This document shows, piece after piece, positions 8,413 to 17,429 of a DNA stretch of 64,000 bases (within the stretch, counting starts at the first letter, position 1; each line of letters starts with the position of its first letter). The stretch covers positions 2,240,001 through 2,304,000 of the forward strand of contig CBDEGZ010000003.1 in NCBI GenBank assembly GCA_965238175.1, in the 5' to 3' direction. Origin of the DNA: Gammaproteobacteria bacterium. GTDB lineage: Bacteria > Pseudomonadota > Gammaproteobacteria > CAJXQU01. The notes beneath the pieces are model-generated. The model saw only the letters and a program-made list of their open reading frames with translations, did not search any database and was not told where the DNA came from. Both the position numbers and the translations under genes were made by a program.

Positions 8413-9492
8413 ATGAAGAAGCCGCAAAAAGTCAAAAACAAAAACACATCATTCGTTGCTCTGGCGTTTGAGATTTCTGGTACTCAGTCAGAAGTCCAAC
8501 TATTGCCAGATGGCGTCACCACGACAGATGATGCTCGTGCTATCAAACTCAAAATTGATGCTGATATTGCTGCTGGTGTAATTGCTAAGACTGATTCACG
8601 CAAACGCGACACAGTGATTGATTATGAGCACCACACACTATTGTCTGAATATACGGATGTTAAAGCAATTGCTGCTGGCTGGTTTAGCAAACTTGAATAT
8701 CGTCCAGGTGAAGGATTGTTCATCACCGATGCACGATGGACAGATACAGCCGCCACTCATATCGATGCGAAAGAATATAAATATATTTCTGGTGTTTTCA
8801 CATACAACAACAAAAATGGCGCAATCACCCGGATCCTTCATGCGGGTTTAACAAACGATCCTGCAATTGATGGTCTCAACGAGCTTGAACTTCAAGCGGC
8901 TGCAAAATTCAACAATCAACCTGAAGAGGAATCTCTAATGAACGAAGAACAATTAGCACTGTTGGGCCTTAAAAAAGACGCGACAGAAGAAGAAATTACC
9001 GCCGCACTGAAAGCGCAGCAAACAAAAGCTGATGACAGCACACAAGAAGTTGCTGCACTAAAAGCTAGTTTAAAAGAAGCCCAGGCAAACGCTGATGGCG
9101 ACTCTGGCAAGCCTGATCCATCTAAGTATGTTCCTGTCGAAGCACTGGAAGAAATTAAAACTGAATTTGCCGCATTGAAAGCAAGTCAAGGTGAAAAAGA
9201 AGTTGAAGAAATCGTCGCCTTAGCGATGCAAGAAGGAAAGATCCTCCCTGCTCAAGAACAATGGGCGCGTGATTTAGGTGCAAAAGATGTGGCTGATCTA
9301 AAAGCCTACGTTGAAGCATCGCCAGCAATCGCGGCATTGAAAGGTTCTCAAACTGAAGAAGGTGATCAGCAGTTTGATGCGGATGGTAAAGCGGTGTTGT
9401 CTGAAGACCAAGTGGCCATCTGTAAAGCAATGGGCATGTCTGTAGAAGACTATGCGAAGACTCTGGCTGAAGAAAAGAATCAAGCGTCTTAA
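8413..9492 (+). CDS. Mu gpI-like prohead protease with C-terminal scaffold (Z)
   Basis: VIDYEHHT, AAGW, EYKYISGVF, AGLTNDPAIDGL motifs; internal RBS+ATG at 8938. Confidence 0.93.
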   Translation: MKKPQKVKNKNTSFVALAFEISGTQSEVQLLPDGVTTTDDARAIKLKIDADIAAGVIAKTDSRKRDTVIDYEHHTLLSEYTDVKAIAAGWFSKLEYRPGEGLFITDARWTDTAATHIDAKEYKYISGVFTYNNKNGAITRILHAGLTNDPAIDGLNELELQAAAKFNNQPEEESLMNEEQLALLGLKKDATEEEITAALKAQQTKADDSTQEVAALKASLKEAQANADGDSGKPDPSKYVPVEALEEIKTEFAALKASQGEKEVEEIVALAMQEGKILPAQEQWARDLGAKDVADLKAYVEASPAIAALKGSQTEEGDQQFDADGKAVLSEDQVAICKAMGMSVEDYAKTLAEEKNQAS

Positions 9493-9561
9493 TCACCGAT
9501 TAATTCATCAATAAACACGTAATAAATAGCTAATAAAGAACTTTATCAGAGGGATAAAACA

Positions 9562-9960
9562 ATGGCTCTAACTACAGACAAAGACACATTGTACCGTGAA
9601 GGCGACATAGTCAGCCACGGCGCAGCAGGAAGTACAAAATCTTTCGCAGGCGGAATTGGCGTTTTAAATGCCGCTGGATTTCTTCAACCAGGTGCTGTTG
9701 GTACTGGCTTAAAAGTGGTTGGCCGAATTTCAGCACAAGTTGACAACACCGATGGTGCGGATGGCGATGTGCTAGTGCAATGTCGCAAAGGTGTTTTCAA
9801 ATATAAAAACTCTGTTACCAACACTGTTGATATCACGCACCTTGAAACTGATTGCTATATCGAAGATGACGAAACCGTTGGCTCACTGGCAACAGGAATG
9901 TCAGTCGCAGGCAAAGTGTTCGCCGTCGATTCTGATGGTGTTTGGGTAGACCACAGGTAA
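9562..9960 (+). CDS. Putative capsid cement/decoration protein
   Basis: 132-aa Gly-rich beta protein between protease and capsid; CYIEDDETV...AGKVFAVDSDGVWV. Confidence 0.7.
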   Translation: MALTTDKDTLYREGDIVSHGAAGSTKSFAGGIGVLNAAGFLQPGAVGTGLKVVGRISAQVDNTDGADGDVLVQCRKGVFKYKNSVTNTVDITHLETDCYIEDDETVGSLATGMSVAGKVFAVDSDGVWVDHR

Positions 9961-10018
9961 ACCATTTTTGATCTAACTATAGAACAACGACAGAACAAAC
10001 TTTTAAGAGGAAATAATT

Positions 10019-10912
10019 ATGTTACTCAACGCAGCAAACTTGGCCGGACTTAATACAGGTTTTAGAGCCAACTACAATCAAGGCTTAGGTACTGTTGAAT
10101 CTATGTATCTAATGATCGCCACCGTTATCGCCAGTGTTACCGGTGAGAACTCATATCCTATCCTGGGCGACATGCCAGGCATTCGTGAATTTGTTGATGA
10201 GCGCCATGTTCATAAACTTGGTCAGCACGATTACACCTTAAAAAACAAAGAGTTTGAACTGACATTAGGGGTTAAGCGCAAGGATATTGAAGATGATCAA
10301 TATGGTATCTATGCGCCGCTGTTTTCGATGATGGGTTATGAAGCTGCCTCGCATGCAGATTCGATGGTCTTCGATCTGCTTGCCGCCGGTTTCGTTAATA
10401 AGTGTTATGACGGCCAAAACTTCTTTGATCCGGATCATCCTGGTTATGACAAAGATGGTGGGGAGATCAGCGTTTCAAACATGCAGGCTGGTAGTTCAAA
10501 CCCTTGGTTCTTAATGGACACTCGCCGACCACTTAAACCGCTGATACACCAGAATCGTAAAGAGTTTGAATTTACGGCTAAGGACAAACTCACGGATGAC
10601 AATGTGTTTGATAAAAATGAATTCAAATACGGTGTCTACGGCAGATCAAACGCAGGCTACGCATTCTGGCAAACAGCCTTTGGATCAAAAGCCGCGCTCT
10701 CTACGAGCAATTTTAACGATGCCATTGCATCAATGATGGGCATTAAAAAGCTTTCAGGTAAGCCAGCAGGCATCAATCCTAACCTCCTAATCTGCGGCCC
10801 ATCAAACCGAGCTACTGCACTGGAAGTGGTTAAAGCAGAACGAAATGCTGCTGGTGCAACCAACATCAACCGCGACGCAGTAGAAGTCAAAGTTGTTGAG
10901 TGGCTAGCGTAA
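10019..10912 (+). CDS. Major capsid protein (Mu gpT-like)
   Basis: LGDMPGIREF, NKEFELT..VKRKDIEDD..GIYAP, CYDGQNFFDPDH, PLKPLIHQ motifs. Confidence 0.95.
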   Translation: MLLNAANLAGLNTGFRANYNQGLGTVESMYLMIATVIASVTGENSYPILGDMPGIREFVDERHVHKLGQHDYTLKNKEFELTLGVKRKDIEDDQYGIYAPLFSMMGYEAASHADSMVFDLLAAGFVNKCYDGQNFFDPDHPGYDKDGGEISVSNMQAGSSNPWFLMDTRRPLKPLIHQNRKEFEFTAKDKLTDDNVFDKNEFKYGVYGRSNAGYAFWQTAFGSKAALSTSNFNDAIASMMGIKKLSGKPAGINPNLLICGPSNRATALEVVKAERNAAGATNINRDAVEVKVVEWLA

Positions 10913-10993
10913 AAAACTCTTCCCTCCTTAGATGAGTCGTTTCTCGGGATAGTCTGCATAACCTGTCCAGGGAAGCGTTAAGGGAAAAACAAT

Positions 10994-11068
10994 TGCGGTG
11001 TAGAGCAGTGGCAGCTCGTCTGGCTCATAACCAGAAGGTCGCCGGTTCGAATCCGGCCACCGCTACCA
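10994..11068 (+). tRNA. Phage tRNA-Met(CAT), initiator-like
   Basis: Cloverleaf: GCGGTG/CACCGC acceptor with U1.U72 mismatch, GAGC/GCTC D stem, TCTGG-CTCATAA-CCAGA, GCCGG-TTCGAAT-CCGGC, encoded CCA. Confidence 0.92.
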
Positions 11069-11120
11069 CTAGATATCAGCAGGTTCGCCCCCTGCTAATT
11101 ACGTAACAGAGGATAGAAAA

Positions 11121-11438
11121 ATGTTTCTTGAAATCGTATCTAAAAAAGATGGTTTCCGCCGAGCAGGTCAAGCATGGACAGTCGAGCCGATCACTATTGA
11201 TACCAATGAAAAAATTTGGACAGATCAGCGTATCAAAATGCTAAAAAATGAATCTACGTTAACGGTTACCGAAGTAGAAGAGACCGACGAGTTGAAGCAA
11301 CGGCGCGAAGCTAAAGAAGCTGCAAAGAAAGCTGCTGACGATAAGAAAGCCGCGGCTAAAAAAGCTGATGCAGATAAGAAAGCTCTGGCTAAAAAAGCTG
11401 ATGCAGATGCAAATAAAAATGGTAACGGTGGCAAGTAA
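11121..11438 (+). CDS. Mu gp35/HI1506-like protein with Lys/Ala-rich tail
   Basis: IVSKKDGFRRAG...LKNESTLTV motif; 33-bp tandem repeat 11340-11405. Confidence 0.75.
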   Translation: MFLEIVSKKDGFRRAGQAWTVEPITIDTNEKIWTDQRIKMLKNESTLTVTEVEETDELKQRREAKEAAKKAADDKKAAAKKADADKKALAKKADADANKNGNGGK

Positions 11439-11440
11439 CA

Positions 11441-11767
11441 ATGGCCACTCAAACCATGAAAACAGACGGTGCTCAGAATTATCATTCTGAAACCGTCCTT
11501 AGCGGTCAAACATCTGACCCGGTAATGATCCCGGATGTGCCAAACCATCGACACATCGCCTTCTTTGTATCGCCAACAGCCAGCGCAAATGTGATGGTGA
11601 CAATTTCGCCACGCAAAGACGTCGAAAATGATACTGCAAATGTTCATTGGCAAGAATGGTCGCCATCAACAGTTTCAGCGGATACAAACGATGGTTCGGA
11701 ATATCCATTAACCGCGGCTAAGTTAATCGCTACCGGCGGTGATGCTTTCTGGGAGATCCGCGCTTAA
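11441..11767 (+). CDS. Hypothetical small beta-sandwich virion protein (candidate head-spike base)
   Basis: 108 aa beta-rich; translationally coupled to the giant Ig gene in the head region. Confidence 0.5.
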   Translation: MATQTMKTDGAQNYHSETVLSGQTSDPVMIPDVPNHRHIAFFVSPTASANVMVTISPRKDVENDTANVHWQEWSPSTVSADTNDGSEYPLTAAKLIATGGDAFWEIRA

Positions 11768-14700
11768 ATGTCTGTCACTGGCCGAATCTTTAATGACACC
11801 ATGTTCAAGGGTCGAGAAGGGATTTTCGCTTCTGATCGTATGGTGTCTGAGATTTTCAAAGCCAACCCAAGCTCGGCCGTAGTTGATGAAGGCCAGCCTG
11901 TTGTAATTGATGTTGCCGGAAATGACACCGCACCCGTTCACGGACTCAATCTAAACAGCATCGTCATAGTTAATGATGTCAGTTACGGCACAACCACCGT
12001 CAATGGTGATGGTACCGTGACTTATACGCACGATGGTTTGACTGAGGAATTTAGCGACTCATTCACCTATAAAATTCAGAACAATAATGGTGAAATATCA
12101 AACACAGCAACCGTTGTGATCAGCATCAATCCTGTCAACGATACTGCACCTGTATTCACCAGCCCAATTGCCGCAAATGTGGCAGAACGAACAACACTGG
12201 TTCACACCGTGACCGCGACAGATGCAGACGGAAGCCTATTAACTTACTCAATTAATGGTACTGGGCCTGACGACGCCAAATTCCAAATCACCATTAGTGG
12301 TGTGATGAGTTTTGTTCAAGCACCGAATTTTGAAGCGCCAACAGATGTAGGTGCTGACGGAGTTTATAACGTCGACGTGCTCGTGAACGATGGCGTATTT
12401 AATGTAGTTCAATCCATCGCCGTGACCGTCACCGATGCAGCCGAAAACCCAATTGCTGCAAACGATGCTTTCACAGTCGGCGAAGGTGCGACCAGCTCAT
12501 TAAATGTTCTACCAAATGACACTGATCCACAAAATGACATTGACGCATCGACCGTCACCGTCATCGGCCAGCCTGCTAATGGATCAGCATCTGTGCAGAC
12601 AGATGGCCGAATAATTTACATACATAATGGCAGCGAAACGACGTCAGATACATTAACGTATCTCGTCCAGGATACCGAAGGTAACCTGTCAAACACAGCC
12701 ACCATCAGCCTAACAATAACACCAGCGAATGACGCACCAATTGCCGTCAATGATGTCTTCACCGTCACACAAGGCACTACCACAAATATCAACCTGGCAA
12801 CCAATGATACCGACATCGACAACGCATTAGATCTAACATCCATCACGATCATAAGCGCACCGTCTGAAGGCGCACTGGTTGATAACAACGATGGAACGGT
12901 TGCGTACACAAACACCAGCACCGGCGCAAGTTCAGACAGTTTCACTTATACGATAGATGATGTGTCGGGGAGTACTTCCAATATTGCAACGGCGACTATT
13001 ACAGTTAATGCAGCCATTTTGTTGAGCCTATGGAACTCTGACGGTTCAGTAGATAGCGTCGCACCAACTTACCCACCCGCCAACACTCAACATTACGTAG
13101 AAGTTAATAATGGTGGTGCAAACACGATTTTGTGGAAGGCACCTGCTGGGGCGGTGTTGCGGCAGGGTGAGCGGCCTGTTGTTAATTTAGCATCGGGTTT
13201 GGTCTCAGAGACAGTCACTGTTATTTCTGGGCGCGAGTATCAAGTTTATGGAAAAGGTGGTAACGGCGACACGATAGCATTGTCAGGTGCAGCGACAGCG
13301 ACATTAACAATGGATGGTGTTAACGAGATTGGGTTTAACAACGGCAATCCTATTGCCGCATCTAGTACATCTCTGACGTTAACAGTTACAGGTCTATTGA
13401 CTGAATTATCTGTTGTTGATGTGACAGGCTTCACCAATCAAAAACCGCCGGAGTATGTGAGCGTTGGAGTTGGCGTAGGGGATTTCTTACCAATCTATTT
13501 AAATAAAGGCGAAATTTCAGGCGTTGGAAATATACCTTACGCCTGGCTTTTATATAATCCCGCTAACGTAGTTAGTTCGGATGTTACGAACGGCGTATTT
13601 TCTTTCAGCTCCAACGCTCACTTAGCCGGTCTTGTGACAAACGGAGCATTCTTATTAAATGCTCAAAATACAGGGGATTATGAATACACTATTAGAGCAA
13701 GGCGTGTAGGATCACAACAATCTAGCGAGACGTTGCAAGTTTATAACGGACAGGCTTGGCAGCTTTTAGTACCTCCGACAGCAAACTCAAACGAGTGGGT
13801 AGAGTATAAAATAAAAGCCAACGGAGGCGATGGGCAGTTTATCATACTTTCTCGATTCTCAGGTGATTCTAATGTAGTCACTTACGAAATAGACTACATT
13901 AGAATTAAATCTACGAAAGACCCGCGCTCAAACATCGACGGCATGACATGGAGCCGTCACCAGAACGATGGTACCTCTGTTGATCCAGTTACAGGCCGAG
14001 TCAATCGAGGCACAAATACGTTGATTCCTGAGTTACGAAGGAAGGGGGTGTTGTTTGAGGGGGCTGGAGGATATGTCGGAGGTAATTACAATCCCGGAAG
14101 TTTAGATCAATGGCTTAAACCAGGCGGTGGCATATCCGTAGCCACTGACGGCACAATGTCGCCTTTAGGGCTTCCGGCTGAACTGATTGCTGCGTTAAAT
14201 CCTAAGCCATTCTACAGGCAAGCGCATGCCATTTTAAATACGATAGATGGTAATGATTACGCGGTAAAAATATATGTAAAAAAAGGAAATTGGCCATATG
14301 TGGCAATACAACCCGACAATGGAGTGTCCGCGTTTTACTATGATTTTGACACGGACACTTACGTAGACGCAGATTCCACTTATGTGAGGCACCAACTTTT
14401 ACCCGATGGTTGGGTGGAGATAACGCTAAGTATCACGGCGGCCAATAATAATATGTTTTTCTTTTTGGCCCAAGATCTAAACGGTAGCGCCTATAACAAT
14501 ACGCCTGAGAATAGCTCCGTTTACTTTGGAGGCCTGATTTATAACGAAGGTGCGGTGCCTAAATCTTTTACCGACCTTTCTTCTGTTGCAGCCACAAACG
14601 ACGTACAAGTCACTCTTGCAGACTTCGGTTTTGATGGAGCCTCAAGCGGCTCCTTTAAAGTTGATTTAACTTTCAATCATGATGGTGATCAAACACCAGC

Positions 14701-15007
14701 TCAAGATTACTCCTTAATTACTCTTAATGGATCAGATACCACAGGCTTGCTCTATCTAAATTCAGCAGGCCAATTAGCGTCACACGACGGTACTAACTCT
14801 GTTAATACGGGCGTTATCGTTTCAAAAGACACACTTTATGAAGCTGAAGTTGCTTATACAGTTGGTGGTAATTTAACTATCTTTGTAGGTGGCGTACAAC
14901 TTGGTAGTTTAGCTTGGAATGATGACTGGAATATCGGCACTTTAATTCAGTTTGCCAAAGGCTATCCATACGGCGTTTATATGAAAAATGTTGAGGCATT
15001 GCTATGA
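11768..15007 (+). CDS. 1079-aa virion protein with N-terminal Ig/cadherin-like repeats and beta-rich C-terminus (candidate head fibre)
   Basis: Three Big_9-type repeats (e.g. P.A.ND.FTV...ND.D...DGTV.Y...SDSFTY...SN.AT) and one cadherin-like unit (NDTAPVF...VTATDADG...APNFEAPTD) in first ~415 aa. Confidence 0.8.
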   Translation: MSVTGRIFNDTMFKGREGIFASDRMVSEIFKANPSSAVVDEGQPVVIDVAGNDTAPVHGLNLNSIVIVNDVSYGTTTVNGDGTVTYTHDGLTEEFSDSFTYKIQNNNGEISNTATVVISINPVNDTAPVFTSPIAANVAERTTLVHTVTATDADGSLLTYSINGTGPDDAKFQITISGVMSFVQAPNFEAPTDVGADGVYNVDVLVNDGVFNVVQSIAVTVTDAAENPIAANDAFTVGEGATSSLNVLPNDTDPQNDIDASTVTVIGQPANGSASVQTDGRIIYIHNGSETTSDTLTYLVQDTEGNLSNTATISLTITPANDAPIAVNDVFTVTQGTTTNINLATNDTDIDNALDLTSITIISAPSEGALVDNNDGTVAYTNTSTGASSDSFTYTIDDVSGSTSNIATATITVNAAILLSLWNSDGSVDSVAPTYPPANTQHYVEVNNGGANTILWKAPAGAVLRQGERPVVNLASGLVSETVTVISGREYQVYGKGGNGDTIALSGAATATLTMDGVNEIGFNNGNPIAASSTSLTLTVTGLLTELSVVDVTGFTNQKPPEYVSVGVGVGDFLPIYLNKGEISGVGNIPYAWLLYNPANVVSSDVTNGVFSFSSNAHLAGLVTNGAFLLNAQNTGDYEYTIRARRVGSQQSSETLQVYNGQAWQLLVPPTANSNEWVEYKIKANGGDGQFIILSRFSGDSNVVTYEIDYIRIKSTKDPRSNIDGMTWSRHQNDGTSVDPVTGRVNRGTNTLIPELRRKGVLFEGAGGYVGGNYNPGSLDQWLKPGGGISVATDGTMSPLGLPAELIAALNPKPFYRQAHAILNTIDGNDYAVKIYVKKGNWPYVAIQPDNGVSAFYYDFDTDTYVDADSTYVRHQLLPDGWVEITLSITAANNNMFFFLAQDLNGSAYNNTPENSSVYFGGLIYNEGAVPKSFTDLSSVAATNDVQVTLADFGFDGASSGSFKVDLTFNHDGDQTPAQDYSLITLNGSDTTGLLYLNSAGQLASHDGTNSVNTGVIVSKDTLYEAEVAYTVGGNLTIFVGGVQLGSLAWNDDWNIGTLIQFAKGYPYGVYMKNVEALL

Positions 15008-15558
15008 GCTATGTAATGGACGTTTTGTATGAATTTGAAAGTGAAGTGGCGAAGAACATGGCGATATTCACTGTGTTTTCAACCATCGATCAAGACGCGC
15101 ACCTACTAAATACACAAATTGATCCGCAAACTGGAACTATCACTCGCCTCGATAACTGGAACGAATACTGGCGGGTGTCAACCCAATGTCCGGGCGCTGA
15201 AATGTTCCTGACCCGTTTTAATTATGCTGACTATCTACTACTCAAAAATGCAAGCATTCCGGGGCTAAATATCCTTGCTGCGGGATATCCATCCGATGAA
15301 ATTGAATCAATGGTTGCTGATGGCGAGGTTGAGTTCGTCACTCATTCACATGATGCAGATGGTAACCAAATAGTCACACCAGTTGACCTGGCATTAACTG
15401 ATGATGATGGCAATCTAATTGATGAGCGAATAGCCCCGACAATTGAATCAATTGCATTGTACAGACAGCTTTGGCCTAAAGAAGTTATCCAGGTAATTGA
15501 TGGTCAAGAAGTGCTAATTGAACGTGGTAATTTTGCGCGGCTGGGGATGGCGGCATGA
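15004..15558 (+). CDS. Hypothetical acidic protein (possible fibre chaperone)
   Basis: ATGA overlap with both neighbours. Confidence 0.6.
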   Translation: MSYVMDVLYEFESEVAKNMAIFTVFSTIDQDAHLLNTQIDPQTGTITRLDNWNEYWRVSTQCPGAEMFLTRFNYADYLLLKNASIPGLNILAAGYPSDEIESMVADGEVEFVTHSHDADGNQIVTPVDLALTDDDGNLIDERIAPTIESIALYRQLWPKEVIQVIDGQEVLIERGNFARLGMAA

Positions 15559-15974
15559 GTTACACATCCAAAGCAGAAATGATCCGTCGGTATGGCAATA
15601 CAGAATTGATCGAACTCACTGACCGCGACCAGCTGGACGCGATTGATGATGACGTTCTGAACATTGCTATAAGTGATGCAGATTCAACTATTAATGCTTC
15701 ATTACAAGGCCGTTATGACGTGCCTTTATCACCTATTCCTGATGTTTTACTGCTCTGCGCATCTGTTCTGGCTCGCGCCAATTTATACAAAGACGAACAG
15801 ACCGATCTGATTATCAATGACAAAAAAGAACAGTTGGACTTTTTGCAAAAGGTGCGTGATGGCGAAATTAATTTAGGTACCGCAAACGGTGCAGAAGTCG
15901 AGGCAGAAGATAACGCGGTGATGTTTGAAGGCGGCGGTAATGTTTTTGATCGAAATGATGATTCGTTTATCTGA
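15555..15974 (+). CDS. Mu gp36-like (DUF1320) head-tail adaptor
   Basis: MSY...MIRRYG..ELIELTDR...AISDA...I...L.GRY.VPL motif. Confidence 0.9.
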   Translation: MSYTSKAEMIRRYGNTELIELTDRDQLDAIDDDVLNIAISDADSTINASLQGRYDVPLSPIPDVLLLCASVLARANLYKDEQTDLIINDKKEQLDFLQKVRDGEINLGTANGAEVEAEDNAVMFEGGGNVFDRNDDSFI

Positions 15975-16417
15975 TGGCCGCTTCACCGATAGAAGATTTT
16001 TTAGCATTAGAAAATTTATACATTGCACAAATTAATGATGCAAATATTGAAGGGCTGAGGAAAGTTTACGGCTCCAAAAATTTAGCAACAGTGACAAAAA
16101 AGAACCAGGTTACACCATCAGTAGCAGTGGTTTATTACAGCTATCGAGTTAAAGACACTGATGGACGAGGTTGCCGAGCCATGTTGGTGCAAAAGTGGTT
16201 CACCATTCTGTCGGTAAAAAGTGCCGATGACACCAAAAATGGTAAAGGCGTTAGAGAAATAGCCGGCCCGATGATTATGGATTTAATCAATGCTCTAAAA
16301 GGATGGAAGCCCGGCGCAGGTTATGGCACCACAAGAATTGTGACCGCTCCAAGAGCAATCGTCACAGCAACAACTGGGGATTTCCCCATTGGTTGGGAAA
16401 CAGAACTTTATATTTAA
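15974..16417 (+). CDS. Putative tail terminator/completion protein (gp37 position)
   Basis: TPSVAVVY...AGPMIMDLINALKGWKP; position between adaptor and tube. Confidence 0.7.
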   Translation: MAASPIEDFLALENLYIAQINDANIEGLRKVYGSKNLATVTKKNQVTPSVAVVYYSYRVKDTDGRGCRAMLVQKWFTILSVKSADDTKNGKGVREIAGPMIMDLINALKGWKPGAGYGTTRIVTAPRAIVTATTGDFPIGWETELYI

Positions 16418-16435
16418 CAAGTTAGGAGAATAAAA

Positions 16436-16963
16436 ATGGCAGGCGAAGATTTTAGTTTTATAGGCGATGCAATTGCACAGGTTGCACCATATGGCAGCTC
16501 AACATTTCGCGACATGGGAAATTGTTCTGCCGCTGACATTTCACAAGCGTTGGAAAAGAAAACACTTCCAAATTATCGAGACGGCGCTGGTGGTTCAAGA
16601 AACTCAAGAGCACGTATTAGTGATGTAACTTTAAACCTGACCATGAATGACTACTACCCGGATAATCTGGCGTTATGGATGTCGGGCACAGTTAGCGACT
16701 CCGGCAGCGATAAAGTTATTGATGCACTAACAAATATTGGGTCGTTCTTCATATTGAAACTTGTAGGGCTTAACTCAGCACAAAATGAAAATTTCGAGTC
16801 TGAATTTTTCAAATGCACAATTGATCCGAGTGACAGTATCCCTTTGATTACAGCGGGTGAATATGCTGCGCCTAATATGGTGGTAAATGTGCTGTCAGAC
16901 GACTCAATTGTGTCTGGCTCTAAATTTCACAAAACAACATTGCAAGCATATACAGGCCCATAG
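16436..16963 (+). CDS. Major tail tube protein (non-contractile type)
   Basis: AGGAG RBS; DMGNCS...LPNYR..GG...NLAL pattern; no sheath gene present. Confidence 0.75.
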   Translation: MAGEDFSFIGDAIAQVAPYGSSTFRDMGNCSAADISQALEKKTLPNYRDGAGGSRNSRARISDVTLNLTMNDYYPDNLALWMSGTVSDSGSDKVIDALTNIGSFFILKLVGLNSAQNENFESEFFKCTIDPSDSIPLITAGEYAAPNMVVNVLSDDSIVSGSKFHKTTLQAYTGP

Positions 16964-16966
16964 CAA

Positions 16967-17305
16967 ATGAGTGAATATGAAAACAGCATGGAAACAAAAG
17001 TGGCGGATAAAACCGTCACTATTTTTGAGATTAACGTTAAGCAGATCCGCCAGTGGTTTAAAGATGTTGAAGAAAGAGATTTGAATCAAAGTGATTATGT
17101 TGATGAAATGTTATTCGATGATTTTTCCATTTCTGATCTAACCCGTATGAGTACGATGAAGCTGGAAGATTTATCTGAGTTGTCTCCATCAAAGATCAGG
17201 CATCTTGCAGAATTGTGTAAGGAGAAAAACGAGGATTTTTTCGCAATGATCGGGAAAAGAAGCAAACTTCTCGATCAAGCCCTCGGACTGCTCGACAAAG
17301 TTTAG
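16967..17305 (+). CDS. Tail assembly chaperone; -1 frameshift extension to 17427
   Basis: Between tube and tape measure; slippery T TTT TTC at 17236-17242; -1 frame open to TAG 17425-17427. Confidence 0.8.
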   Translation: MSEYENSMETKVADKTVTIFEINVKQIRQWFKDVEERDLNQSDYVDEMLFDDFSISDLTRMSTMKLEDLSELSPSKIRHLAELCKEKNEDFFAMIGKRSKLLDQALGLLDKV

Positions 17306-17429
17306 AAGCAAATTGTTTTTCGTTAATTGAGATCGGCCACGTAAATGTATGGTCGTATCCTTACTCTTTATATGTAGCAGCACTTGAACATTACTCAAAG
17401 AAAGCGGCAAAAGGGAAATCTAAATAGTC

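Noticed and set aside
11340-11405. 33-bp tandem repeat as a regulatory element
   Set aside because: Explained by the Lys/Ala-rich low-complexity protein tail
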